From Candidatus Saccharimonadia bacterium (GTDB lineage: Bacteria > Patescibacteriota > Saccharimonadia > UBA4664): 64,000 bases of DNA. This document shows, one piece after another, positions 50,009 through 59,368 of this stretch. Location of the stretch: assembly GCA_035544015.1 (NCBI GenBank), contig DATKIP010000076.1, positions 128,299 to 192,298 of the forward strand, read 5' to 3'. Position 1 is the stretch's first letter, and every line of letters starts with the position of its first letter. Under the pieces are notes generated by a model. The model saw nothing but the letters and a program-made list of their open reading frames with translations, did no database searches and had not been told where the DNA came from. The position numbers and the translations under genes are program-made.

Positions 50009-50037
50009 TTGCATGTTCGCCATATGTTCGGTATGAT
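50009..50037 (+). promoter_or_regulatory. Sigma70-type promoter with TTCGC-N6-TTCGG direct repeat (LexA-like box)
   Basis: TTGCAT-GTTCGCCATATGTTCGG-TATGAT. Confidence 0.6.
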
Positions 50038-50070
50038 GAATACATCATATCTTATTAATGAGGCATACTT

Positions 50071-50322
50071 ATGGTTGAAGCCCAATCGATGGTGCATTAT
50101 CATAGCACTATGAAACGCGCTACGTTTGCCAACATCGCAAAGCAATCCTGGAATAATCTCCTCGATTCCCTGGATATGCGTCAACGCAGGGAAGTACGTC
50201 CACTGCGTGCCGGAGAAACCGTCGAGCGCGCCTGGCTCAATACCGGAAGACACCTCCGCAGAGCAATGGACAATTATGACAAAACCACGCCGCAATCCCG
50301 CTCCGCCCGCCCATCTCGCTAA
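50071..50322 (+). CDS. Small hypothetical protein preceding DUF2335 gene
   Basis: GAGG RBS; AWLNTGRHLRRAM helix. Confidence 0.55.
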   Translation: MVEAQSMVHYHSTMKRATFANIAKQSWNNLLDSLDMRQRREVRPLRAGETVERAWLNTGRHLRRAMDNYDKTTPQSRSARPSR

Positions 50323-50665
50323 TTCTTCACTCATTGGTATTAAGCTCCATGAGGGACCCTTGCCTACGCCGGCCGATTTTGCAGCCTACGAACAGGCGCA
50401 GCCCGGGGCCGCCGATCGGTTGCTGAAGATGGCAGAACTCGATCAGAAAGCCGGGGTAGCGGATATGCGCGTACAAAGACTCACAAACTTTGTTCTCGAT
50501 CTCCTATCCCAAGCTTTTTTATACTGTCTCGTGCTAGCTGCAGTATACTTAGCTCTCCACGACAAACCGCTCGAGGCCTTTTTTGCCGGCCTCGCCCCCA
50601 TTGTAATCGCCATCTATGCCAATACCCGGAAAAAGACTACCCAATCCACCGATGAAGACCAATAA
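50276..50665 (+). CDS. DUF2335-family membrane protein
   Basis: GPLPTP..FAAYEQAQPGAADRLLKMAE followed by two TMs. Confidence 0.8.
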   Translation: MTKPRRNPAPPAHLANSSLIGIKLHEGPLPTPADFAAYEQAQPGAADRLLKMAELDQKAGVADMRVQRLTNFVLDLLSQAFLYCLVLAAVYLALHDKPLEAFFAGLAPIVIAIYANTRKKTTQSTDEDQ

Positions 50666-51836
50666 ATCCATCTACCTCGATCACGCCGCCGCCACACCGC
50701 TCAACCCCGCGGTGCTTACGGCTATGCAGCCGTACCTGGGCGCGGAGTTCGCCAACCCATCGAGCCTCTACGCCGCCGCCCGTGAGACGCGGCTGGCCGT
50801 CGAAGCCTCACGGGCCGATATTGCCAATGTGCTCGGCGCCAAGCCTACCGAAATCATCTTCACGAGCGGCGGCACCGAGGGCAACAATCTGGCCATCCAG
50901 GGAGTTTTGCGAGCCCATCCCGGCGCGCACTGGATCACCAGCGCTATCGAGCATGACGCAGTTCTTGGCTGTGTGGAGGCACTAAAGCGCGAGGGTCATG
51001 CCGCCACCATAGTGCCCGTACAGCCATCCGGAACCGTCGCGCTCCAAGCCATTGGCACCGCCATCACCGATACCACCGTGCTTGTGAGTGTCATGCTGGC
51101 CAACAACGAAATCGGCACCATCCAGCCCGTGGCCGACGTCGCCAAATTGCTTGCCGTCGTGCGCGCCGACCGCGCCAAGCGCGGCGTCACGCTTCCGCTC
51201 TACCTCCAGACCGACGCCGTGCAGGCCGCCAACTACCTCGATCTGCACGTCGCTCGCCTCGGCGTCGACCTCCTCACACTAAACGGCTCCAAAATCTATG
51301 GCCCCAAAGGCACCGGCGCGCTCTACGTGCGCCATGGCACCGTGCTCGAGCCGCTGATGTACGGCGGCGGCCAAGAGCGCGGCCGGCGCAGTGGCACCGA
51401 AAACGTGGCCGGCATCGTGGGCCTCGCCGCCGCCCTCAAGCTCGCGGCCACTACCCGCGACGCCGAGTCACACCGTCTGACACTGCTGCGCGACCAGCTG
51501 GCGGCCGAGCTCACCGCCACCATTCCTGGTGTCATCCTCAACGGTCATCCTCGCCATCGCCTACCCAATAATCTCAACCTCACCATCCCTGGCGCCGAAG
51601 GCGAGGCCCTGGTGCTGTATCTGGACAACGCTGGCATACAGGCCTCCACTGGCTCGGCGTGTTCCACTGGCAATCTCGACCCGTCGCACGTGCTGCTCGC
51701 GCTCGGCCGCACCCCTGCCGAGGCCAACGCCAGCCTGCGCCTCACGCTCGGCCGCTCCACCGACGCCAATGCCGTCGCCGTGGTGGCCGAAAAACTTCCC
51801 CCAATTGTCGCACGCCTGCGCGAACTTCAACTCTAA
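50652..51836 (+). CDS. iscS: Cysteine desulfurase
   Basis: YLDHAAATP, NPSS, NNEIG, KIYGPKG, STGSAC. Confidence 0.95.
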   Translation: MKTNKSIYLDHAAATPLNPAVLTAMQPYLGAEFANPSSLYAAARETRLAVEASRADIANVLGAKPTEIIFTSGGTEGNNLAIQGVLRAHPGAHWITSAIEHDAVLGCVEALKREGHAATIVPVQPSGTVALQAIGTAITDTTVLVSVMLANNEIGTIQPVADVAKLLAVVRADRAKRGVTLPLYLQTDAVQAANYLDLHVARLGVDLLTLNGSKIYGPKGTGALYVRHGTVLEPLMYGGGQERGRRSGTENVAGIVGLAAALKLAATTRDAESHRLTLLRDQLAAELTATIPGVILNGHPRHRLPNNLNLTIPGAEGEALVLYLDNAGIQASTGSACSTGNLDPSHVLLALGRTPAEANASLRLTLGRSTDANAVAVVAEKLPPIVARLRELQL

Positions 51837-51920
51837 AGTCGGCCTATAATTCCTAGGTTTTACGTTGCCCTAGGCATATGATGATCCTGCATGTATACAA
51901 GCCACCAGGAGGTGATCTAC

Positions 51921-52586
51921 ATGCGCAGAACCACCCTTGCGGCCGCCATATGCGCGGTCGCAGCGCTCCCTCTCGCCGGTTGTCAAGCCGGTAGTGGCGG
52001 TCCCACCGTCACTACCGCTAATCCCACCGTCCCGGCTCCCGCGACCACCGGCACCGTCCAGCCGCCGGTTGCCACCACGTCCCCGCGCAGCACGCCCGTG
52101 CCGCCCCGACCCTCCGCCGTCAAGCGCGTTTGCGGCGACACTAGCCGGTGGAATACCGCACCGCAAGGTGAGGACGTCCTGCCGGTCCGGGAAGCGCTAC
52201 TCGGCCCCACTCCCGGCAGCCACGACACCTGCGATCGCGTGCGGTTCGACGTCAAAACCGCCGCCAAGGTGGGGTGGGATGTCCGGTACGTGCCCGAGCT
52301 CACGGCCGATGGCAGCGGCAAGCACCTTGATGTGGCCGGCGGCGCCGTGCTCCAGGTGACCATCCAGGCGCCCCTGCTCAGCCAGGTCACCACCCACGAG
52401 CCCGGCGACGTCCTGGCTGATCGCGCTGAGTGGCCAGCCATGGTGCAGATCGTGTTCGCGGGCTCTCACGAGAGCGTGTCCAGCTTCGGCCTCGGGGTCC
52501 GCAAAGGCCAGCGCCCCTTCCGCGTCTGGACCAAAGTAGCGGACGGAGTGCGCAGCATCATCGTGGACATCGCCTACTCCGGGTAG
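51921..52586 (+). CDS. Lipoprotein with AMIN-like domain (actinobacterial type)
   Basis: AGGAGGT RBS; lipobox LAGC; DRVRFD..VRYV...DGSG..V.G.AVL.V..FAGS.E...FGLGV..PFRV. Confidence 0.75.
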   Translation: MRRTTLAAAICAVAALPLAGCQAGSGGPTVTTANPTVPAPATTGTVQPPVATTSPRSTPVPPRPSAVKRVCGDTSRWNTAPQGEDVLPVREALLGPTPGSHDTCDRVRFDVKTAAKVGWDVRYVPELTADGSGKHLDVAGGAVLQVTIQAPLLSQVTTHEPGDVLADRAEWPAMVQIVFAGSHESVSSFGLGVRKGQRPFRVWTKVADGVRSIIVDIAYSG

Positions 52587-52618
52587 CCCGCCGCACCTCG
52601 CGGCATCATCCGCCCACC

Positions 52619-52655
52619 GATGGCGATGGAGAGTAGCCGGCTCTCCATCGCCATC
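52619..52655. terminator. 15-bp perfect hairpin after the lipoprotein gene
   Basis: GATGGCGATGGAGAG / CTCTCCATCGCCATC. Confidence 0.65.
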
Positions 52656-52695
52656 CCGGCATCATTGCCGGGCCGTCGCCTGCTACAATAACACC

Positions 52696-53289
52696 ATGAA
52701 ACGGTTCTTTGTGGCGTTGGTGATTTTGGCAGGCGCAGTCGGCGCGCTGGCCGTCACTTTTTTCTTTGGCATCGGCTATTATCTTTCCCCACAAGACCCT
52801 CTCGCCAAGGCTGACGCCGTGGTCGCCATCTCCGGGGGCGAAACCAAAACCCGCACCGCCGAAGCTATCAAACTCTATCAGGACGGCTATGCCGCCCACC
52901 TCATCTTTTCTGGTGCCGCTCTCGATCCCAATAGCCCGTCCAACGCCAAAACCATGGGCGCGACGGCACGCGACGCCGGCGTGCCCAGCGCCGCCATTGC
53001 ACTCGATGAGCTCGCCAACAACACGCGCGAAAACGCCAATGGAGTCGCGGCCATTATTCGCGACAAACATCTGCACTCGATTATTCTCGTCACCTCGCCC
53101 TACCACCAGCGCCGGGCCTATCTGGAGTTTCGGCGGGCGCTCGGCCAAGATTTCGTCATTATCAACCACTCCTCGTATGACGGCGAGTGGCGCCGGTCGC
53201 ACTGGTGGGCCACGCCTACCAGCCGTTCGCTCACCTTCGCCGAGCTGCAAAAGGTGTTGTACGAGCTCGCCAGCGGGAACCCGCAATGA
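52696..53289 (+). CDS. YdcF/DUF218 family protein
   Basis: DAVVAISGG, IFSG, NTRENA, LVTSPYHQRRA. Confidence 0.92.
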   Translation: MKRFFVALVILAGAVGALAVTFFFGIGYYLSPQDPLAKADAVVAISGGETKTRTAEAIKLYQDGYAAHLIFSGAALDPNSPSNAKTMGATARDAGVPSAAIALDELANNTRENANGVAAIIRDKHLHSIILVTSPYHQRRAYLEFRRALGQDFVIINHSSYDGEWRRSHWWATPTSRSLTFAELQKVLYELASGNPQ

Positions 53290-54257
53290 TCAGCCTCCTC
53301 GTAGCGCTCGGTATCCTGGCGGCAGTTGGCTACGGCGCGTATCAGGGCACCCGTCGTGGGCTCATCATCATCGCGTTTGAGTTTGTGAGTTTTGCCCTGG
53401 CCACCCTCACGGCGATCGTGATCTACCACCCGCTGGGGACGGTCGTCAAAACCATTGCCGGCGTTAATATCGCGCTGGGCAACGTCGCCGCTTTTGTGAC
53501 CGTCTGGACCGTTTCGGAGGTGCTCTGCGCGCTGTTTGTGCACTTTGTGGTGCTCCGGCGCCTCCCTCCGCAAGTCCACTTTTCGAACCTCAACCGGGCC
53601 GGCGGAGGCCTCTTTGGCGCCTTCAAGACCGCCGCTATCATCACCCTCGCGCTCATCGTGTTTGACGGCCTGCCCATCGCCGCCTCCATCAAAAAACCCG
53701 TCATCACTGCGCCGGTGGCTGCCCAATTTATCGCGGCCAGCGGCGATTTGCAGCCCCGGCTTGCCGCGGGGCTCGGCCGCGACATCAACGACAGCTTCGA
53801 TTTTTTCACCATTACCGCCAGCCCCGAGAGCGAGGTCCATATCGATCTCGGCTTCACTACCACCAATTTTACCGTTGACTCCCATCTCGAGGCCGATATG
53901 CTGGGCCTCATTAACCACGAGCGCACCTTGCAAGGTCTGCCGTCGCTCACTCTCAACCTCAAGGCTCGCGCCGTCGCGCGCGCCTACTCCGCCGAAATGT
54001 TTACCCACGGCTATTTCTCGCACATCGACGCCGCCGGCAAATCACCGTTCGACCGCATGAAGACCGGCGGCGTTAGCTTTACCAGCGCCGGCGAAAACCT
54101 AGCCCTCGCCCCCACGCTCAGCCTCGCCCACGATGGCCTCATGAAATCGCCCGAGCACCGCGCCAACATCCTCTCGTCGGCGTATCGCACGGTGGGCATC
54201 GGTGTGGTTGACGGCGGGCCCTATGGGCTCATGATCACGCAGGACTTCACGGATTAG
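53286..54257 (+). CDS. CvpA-like membrane domain + CAP (SCP) domain protein
   Basis: NRAGGGLFG; INHER, GYFSH, GENLA, SPEHRANIL. Confidence 0.88.
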   Translation: MISLLVALGILAAVGYGAYQGTRRGLIIIAFEFVSFALATLTAIVIYHPLGTVVKTIAGVNIALGNVAAFVTVWTVSEVLCALFVHFVVLRRLPPQVHFSNLNRAGGGLFGAFKTAAIITLALIVFDGLPIAASIKKPVITAPVAAQFIAASGDLQPRLAAGLGRDINDSFDFFTITASPESEVHIDLGFTTTNFTVDSHLEADMLGLINHERTLQGLPSLTLNLKARAVARAYSAEMFTHGYFSHIDAAGKSPFDRMKTGGVSFTSAGENLALAPTLSLAHDGLMKSPEHRANILSSAYRTVGIGVVDGGPYGLMITQDFTD

Positions 54258-54342
54258 CTCGTTTCGGTGAGCCTTCAAACTTGCCGTATTTGAAATAGAT
54301 GTTAAAGTCGTATCACGTCTACTCCCTACCGGAAGGAACAGT

Positions 54343-54577
54343 CGTGAGCGTTTCTCCGTTATCCGACGGCCGGAGGCCCGGCGAAGTGCTGGAGGCCTGC
54401 GAAGACCCGAAGATGGACCTCATCTTCAACAGCCCGGCCTACCAGGATGGCATCGTCGACGGCCTGCATGAGGCAATCGCAACGGCCATCACTAGAGGAG
54501 GCGATCCCCTAGAGGACCCCCAGTGGGGCGGTCCCTCACCGTCTCGCCACAGTAGCGGAGTCTCCTACACCTACTAG
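54343..54577 (+). CDS. Small hypothetical accessory protein
   Basis: GGAAGGA RBS then GTG; hairpin CCGGCGCCCGGGC/GCTCGGGCGCCGG downstream. Confidence 0.5.
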
Positions 54578-54712
54578 GCCGCCGCACGGCACTATCCGGC
54601 GCCCGGGCATCAAGCTCGGGCGCCGGTCTCCTTTTAGGCGCCACACACCGCCATCCCCAGCCCAACCAAACTGATTGTCCAAATCTCCATATTTCGTTAA
54701 AATTGTCCAATT

Positions 54713-55753
54713 ATGAAAACCGTCTTTGTTGGCCTCAGCGGGGGAGTCGATTCCTCGGTATCTGCTGCCCTGCTTCAGCAGCAAGGGTATAACGTCGTGG
54801 GCGTCTACATGAAGAATTGGACCGCCGACGTTGCCGGCGTGGCCTGCCCCTGGAGGCAAGACCTGGCCGACGCCCGCGCGGCCGCGGCCAAGCTCGACAT
54901 CCCGTTCCAGGTGTTCGACTTCCAGGCCGAGTACCGGCAGCACGTTGTAGATGTAATGGTGGCCGAGTACCAAGCCGGCCGCACGCCCAACCCTGATATT
55001 CTCTGCAACCAGGAAATTAAGTTCAAACTCTTCCTCCAATCAGCCTTAGCCGCCGGCGCCGACCTCATCGCCACCGGCCACTACGCGCGCACCGAGGACG
55101 GCCGCCTGCTCACCGCCGCCGACACCGCCAAGGACCAAACCTACTTCCTCTACCGCGTCACTCCCGAGGCCCTCGAGCGCACTCTCTTTCCGCTGGCCGG
55201 CCTCGCCAAGCCCGAAGTACGTCGCCTGGCTACCAAATTTGGCCTACCTACAGCCAAAAAACCCGACTCCCAAGGCATCTGCTTCATCGGCGAGGTCGGC
55301 CTGCGCGAATTCCTCAGCCAATACATCACCGCTACCGCCGGCCCCATCGTTGACGCCGCCGGCCACGAACTCGGCCAGCACCAAGGCGCCGTGTTCTACA
55401 CTATCGGCCAGCGCCATGGCCTCGGCCTAGGCGGCGGCGAGCCGTACTACGTGACGGGCAAAGATATGGCCACCAACACCGTTTACGTTACCACCGACCC
55501 CGTCGACGCCGCCCTCGAAACCGACCACTGCACCATCACCGACGTCCATTGGATCGGCCCCGCCCCCCAAGCCGGTCGCACCTACCAACTCCGCAGCCGC
55601 CACCGCGCCGCGTTCATCGATTGCACGCTCGAGGCCGGCCACCGCGGCACCTACGCCATCAAGCTGGCCCACCCCGAGCGCGCCCTCACCCCCGGCCAAT
55701 CCGCCGTGATCTACGACGGCCAGCGAGTCCTCGGCGGCGGCATTGTCGCCTAA
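54713..55753 (+). CDS. mnmA: tRNA 2-thiouridylase
   Basis: SGGVDS, TPNPDILCN, ATGHYA, KDQTYFL, DSQGICFIG, TPGQ. Confidence 0.98.
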   Translation: MKTVFVGLSGGVDSSVSAALLQQQGYNVVGVYMKNWTADVAGVACPWRQDLADARAAAAKLDIPFQVFDFQAEYRQHVVDVMVAEYQAGRTPNPDILCNQEIKFKLFLQSALAAGADLIATGHYARTEDGRLLTAADTAKDQTYFLYRVTPEALERTLFPLAGLAKPEVRRLATKFGLPTAKKPDSQGICFIGEVGLREFLSQYITATAGPIVDAAGHELGQHQGAVFYTIGQRHGLGLGGGEPYYVTGKDMATNTVYVTTDPVDAALETDHCTITDVHWIGPAPQAGRTYQLRSRHRAAFIDCTLEAGHRGTYAIKLAHPERALTPGQSAVIYDGQRVLGGGIVA

Positions 55754-55820
55754 GCTGCCCATATATATCTGATCCGATCCCGCGTACAATGATCCCGTCC
55801 CAACTGCGAAGGGAGGTGAA

Positions 55821-55874
55821 ATGAACGTAGCCACCGCAGCGTGGTTGGGATTGGCGGGTGTTATAACCTCCTGA
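55821..55874 (+). CDS. Candidate 17-aa hydrophobic peptide MNVATAAWLGLAGVITS
   Basis: TACAAT upstream; strong GGGAGGTG RBS with 2-nt gap to ATG (3 nt from GGAGGT). Confidence 0.4.
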   Translation: MNVATAAWLGLAGVITS

Positions 55875-55971
55875 GCCCCGGCTGACTGACAGTTTCGGGC
55901 CTGGTATCAAATAACGAGGGGCGCCCGCCTCTTCCTTGGGAATTATCGTAAATTAGGCTAAAATACCCCCC

Positions 55972-57855
55972 ATGAATACCAGCGAAATCCGCGCCGCCTA
56001 TCTCAAATTCTTCGCCGACCGTGGTCATGCGGTGATTCCGCGCGCCAACCTCGTGCCCAAAGAAGACGCCACCACCCTTTTCACCGGCTCCGGCATGCAG
56101 CCCATGATTCCGTATCTGCTGGGCGAAAAGCACCCCGATGGCGTTCGCCTGGCCGACTCCCAAGTCTGCTTCCGCGCCGAGGACATCGACGAAGTCGGGG
56201 ACAACCGCCACACCACGGCCTTCGAAATGCTCGGCAACTGGAGCCTGGGCGACTACTTCAAGGCCGAGCAAATCCCCTGGATGTGGGAGTTCCTGACCGA
56301 AGTCGTCGGCCTCAACCCCGCCAAGCTCTACGTCACCTGTTTCATCGGCGCCCCCGAGTACGGCATCCCCAAAGATACCGAAGCCGCCGAGATGTGGCAG
56401 AAATTATTCAAATCCAAAGCCCTTGAGGCCAAAGCCGCCGACATCGGCTCTGAAGCCGACGGCTACCAGCGCGGTATCAAACCCGGTGAGCGCATCTTCT
56501 ACTACGACGGCTCCAAAAACTGGTGGAGCCGCAACGGCGGCCCCGAAACGACGCCCGTCGGCGACCCCTGCGGACCCGATTCTGAGATGTTCTACGACTT
56601 TGGCACGCCCCACGATCCCAACTTCGGCGAGCACTGCCACCCCAACTGCGACTGTGGCCGTTTCATGGAGATCGGCAACAACGTCTTCATGGCCTACAAA
56701 AAGGTGGAGGATAGTAAGTTCGAACCCCTGACCCTCCCCAACATCGACCACGGCTCCGGCCTCGAGCGCATCGCCGCCGCGGCCATCGACGACCCCGACT
56801 TCTTCAAAATCAGCGTGCACTACCCGGTAATCCAAAAACTCGAGCAAATCTCCGGCTTCAGATACGATCAAAACCCGCAGGCCATGCGCATCATCACCGA
56901 CCACCTCAAGGGCGCCGTCTTCCTGGCTGCCGATGGGGTCGTGCCGTCCAACACCGCCCAGGGCTACGTGATGCGCCGCTTCCTGCGCCGCGCCATCCGC
57001 CAAGCCCTCGCCCTCGACCTGCGCCAAGACTTTCTCGAGCTCGTCGTCCCCGTCATCACCGAAGCTTATCGCGACGACTTCCCCGAAGTGGCGGCGCAGG
57101 AAGAGTCCATCATTCACCTGCTCGTGCAAGAAGAGCGCCAATTCCGCACCACACTCCTCAAGGGCGAACACGAATTCCGCAAACTCGCCGGCGATGAGCT
57201 CAGTGGCGCAACTATTTTTGTTCTATTCGACACCTACGGCTTTCCCGCCGAACTCTCGCTCGAATCAGCCCATGAACAAAAAATTCCCGTAAATTCGCAC
57301 TGGAAAGCCGAATTCGACGCCCTACTCCGCGAACAAAAAGACCGCTCCCGCACCGCCACCGTCGGCCAATTCAAGGGCGGCCTGGCCGACCACTCCGACA
57401 CGAGCGTCAAATACCACACTGCCACGCACCTCATGTACAAGGCGCTGCGGCTCGTGCTGGGCGACCATGTCATTCAGCGCGGGAGCAACATCACCCCCGA
57501 GCGCCTGCGCTTCGACTTTAGCCACCCCGACAAAATGACCCCGGAGCAAATCGCCGAAGTCGAGAAAATCGTCAACGACAACATCGCCAAAGACTGGCCC
57601 ATGGCATTCCGCGAAATCTCCACCGAGCAAGCCTTCAAAGAGGGCGCGCTCGGCGCCTTTGGCGACAAATACGGCGACACCGTCAAGGTCTACACCGCCG
57701 GCGACCCGATGGGGGAGTGGTACTCCAAAGAAATTTGCGGCGGTCCCCACGTAGAGCACACCGGCGCACTGGCCGACGGCGGCAAAAAGTTTAAGATCAA
57801 AAAAGAAGAATCCAGCTCCGCCGGCATCCGCCGCATCAAGGCCGTACTGGAATAA
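55972..57855 (+). CDS. alaS: Alanine-tRNA ligase (short form lacking C-Ala)
   Basis: FTGSGMQP, HTTAFEMLGNWS, GLERI, HTATH, EICGGPH, GIRRIKA. Confidence 0.97.
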   Translation: MNTSEIRAAYLKFFADRGHAVIPRANLVPKEDATTLFTGSGMQPMIPYLLGEKHPDGVRLADSQVCFRAEDIDEVGDNRHTTAFEMLGNWSLGDYFKAEQIPWMWEFLTEVVGLNPAKLYVTCFIGAPEYGIPKDTEAAEMWQKLFKSKALEAKAADIGSEADGYQRGIKPGERIFYYDGSKNWWSRNGGPETTPVGDPCGPDSEMFYDFGTPHDPNFGEHCHPNCDCGRFMEIGNNVFMAYKKVEDSKFEPLTLPNIDHGSGLERIAAAAIDDPDFFKISVHYPVIQKLEQISGFRYDQNPQAMRIITDHLKGAVFLAADGVVPSNTAQGYVMRRFLRRAIRQALALDLRQDFLELVVPVITEAYRDDFPEVAAQEESIIHLLVQEERQFRTTLLKGEHEFRKLAGDELSGATIFVLFDTYGFPAELSLESAHEQKIPVNSHWKAEFDALLREQKDRSRTATVGQFKGGLADHSDTSVKYHTATHLMYKALRLVLGDHVIQRGSNITPERLRFDFSHPDKMTPEQIAEVEKIVNDNIAKDWPMAFREISTEQAFKEGALGAFGDKYGDTVKVYTAGDPMGEWYSKEICGGPHVEHTGALADGGKKFKIKKEESSSAGIRRIKAVLE

Positions 57856-57918
57856 TGGAGTCTCAAAAAGCGGTTTCGGCCGGTTCCCCTGAGGAGAACC
57901 GGCCGTTCCGAGACGCAT

Positions 57919-58158
57919 TCAGTTGCCGCTGCGGCGTTTGCCGAATCCCAGCACCACGACGAAAACACCGACTCCGGTCAGTATCGATATGTCCAGGATA
58001 TGTCCATGCGCCTGGGCCGAAAGCGCCTGACATGTCTCAACGAGCTCCTGGGTTGCCGGATGGGCGCAGTGGGGTAGGGTCGTATATTTGGAGATGATAA
58101 GCTGGTAGCTTCCTTCCGCGGAGACGACGCCTAGGACCAGCGCTATTATCACGAGCAT
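57919..58158 (-). CDS. Small 2-TM accessory protein with two Cys
   Basis: GGAGG RBS; about 240-nt leader; promoter TTGACT-16-TATAAT. Confidence 0.6.
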   Translation of the reverse strand: MLVIIALVLGVVSAEGSYQLIISKYTTLPHCAHPATQELVETCQALSAQAHGHILDISILTGVGVFVVVLGFGKRRSGN

Positions 58159-58551
58159 CTCTTGAACCTCCGTAGTGCGTCAAGCCGTGGTGGCGCTGAG
58201 GCTAGGCGGACGAGCGTGCATCTCGAGCGGGATGGTGGCAGACCTACGATCCGCGGGTATGGGAAGCGATCCTGACATCCAGTCCGCCGCACCGTACTGA
58301 TGCGCCACTGATGGCTAGGGCAACCAATACTGCCGGCGTGAGCGACCTTGGGATGTGACCGACTCAGCGAACTCCCTGGGCAAAATGCAACCTGAACGCA
58401 AGAATTATAAAATATATACTAATAAAGTCAAGCAGCTTAATCATAAAACCCGCTTAGACAGCGAGAGCCGGCTCCCCCGCAGGGGAACCGGCTTCGTCCG
58501 TTGTACGTATCGGGCCGCCCGGTGGGAGCGGCGTGGGGTGAGATGTGGCGG

Positions 58552-58869
58552 TCAGGCGGTCGGCCGGCGATGGAACAGCCAGCAGTAAAGTCGGTAGGTC
58601 GCCCTCTCCACGGGTTGGGAGGTCCAGATCAGGAATACCCCGCCCTCCACACCGATTACAACCAGCGCGACGAGGATCACCCCCACCCTGTGCCAGAATG
58701 TGTAGTCGTCCTGGATGCAGCCCGCGAGGCCAAAACTGGCATCGGCCGGCGAGCATCCCGTCAGGGTGTCGAGGATGTGCGGGACGATCAGCAGGCCGGC
58801 CGCGATGCCTATGCCTATGACTACCACCCACCCGGCCACCCATCGGGCGTTCGAATTGCGGATTCTCAT
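58552..58869 (-). CDS. Small 2-TM accessory protein with two loop Cys
   Basis: GGAG RBS; TM-C..C-TM architecture like 57919-58158. Confidence 0.65.
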   Translation of the reverse strand: MRIRNSNARWVAGWVVVIGIGIAAGLLIVPHILDTLTGCSPADASFGLAGCIQDDYTFWHRVGVILVALVVIGVEGGVFLIWTSQPVERATYRLYCWLFHRRPTA

Positions 58870-58908
58870 CCTTTGCTCCGTTTCTAGCGGTGGTTGGGTT
58901 GAGGTAAC

Positions 58909-59196
58909 TCAGGCGCTCACGGGCACCACGTGCCTGGACACGCCGGTTGTCGATTCGACGTGGGTGGCAGCGGGCCGGCGGGCAAACTCAAGGGCCAGCC
59001 AGCCGTAGCGCAGTCCCCCCGCCATCAGCACGGCGGCCGTTACGGGGAGCGTCCAGCCCCCGCCATACACGAACCCGATGGGCCATGCGAAAGCGGTGGG
59101 GCGGGCGAGGGTGGTCCGCGACAGCAGTTCGGTCGCCAGGGCGACCAGTAGAACGGTGGTGGCGACGGCGAAGTGGAAAACGGCGCGACGGGTCAC
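58909..59196 (-). CDS. Small 2-TM accessory protein
   Basis: Promoter TTGACT-17-TAATAT; probable GTG start near 59196. Confidence 0.5.
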   Translation of the reverse strand: MTRRAVFHFAVATTVLLVALATELLSRTTLARPTAFAWPIGFVYGGGWTLPVTAAVLMAGGLRYGWLALEFARRPAATHVESTTGVSRHVVPVSA

Positions 59197-59368
59197 GGGA
59201 CCGGCCTTTCTCGAAGTCTCGATGTAATGAGCGTACACGAACCTGCACATATTAACATAAATATCATAAAAAGTCAACGACAAGCCCCCGACGGGAACGC
59301 GGCCAGTGGCTGTCGTCCCGTCGGGGGCGGGGCTCGCGCGATCGTCGCGGAGCCGATGGATGTGGACA

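Noticed and set aside
57859-57920. Fifth palindromic-element copy after alaS (GGA-GTCTC...GAGAC-GCA)
   Set aside because: Shorter and lacks the conserved loop; better explained as a terminator between convergent genes.
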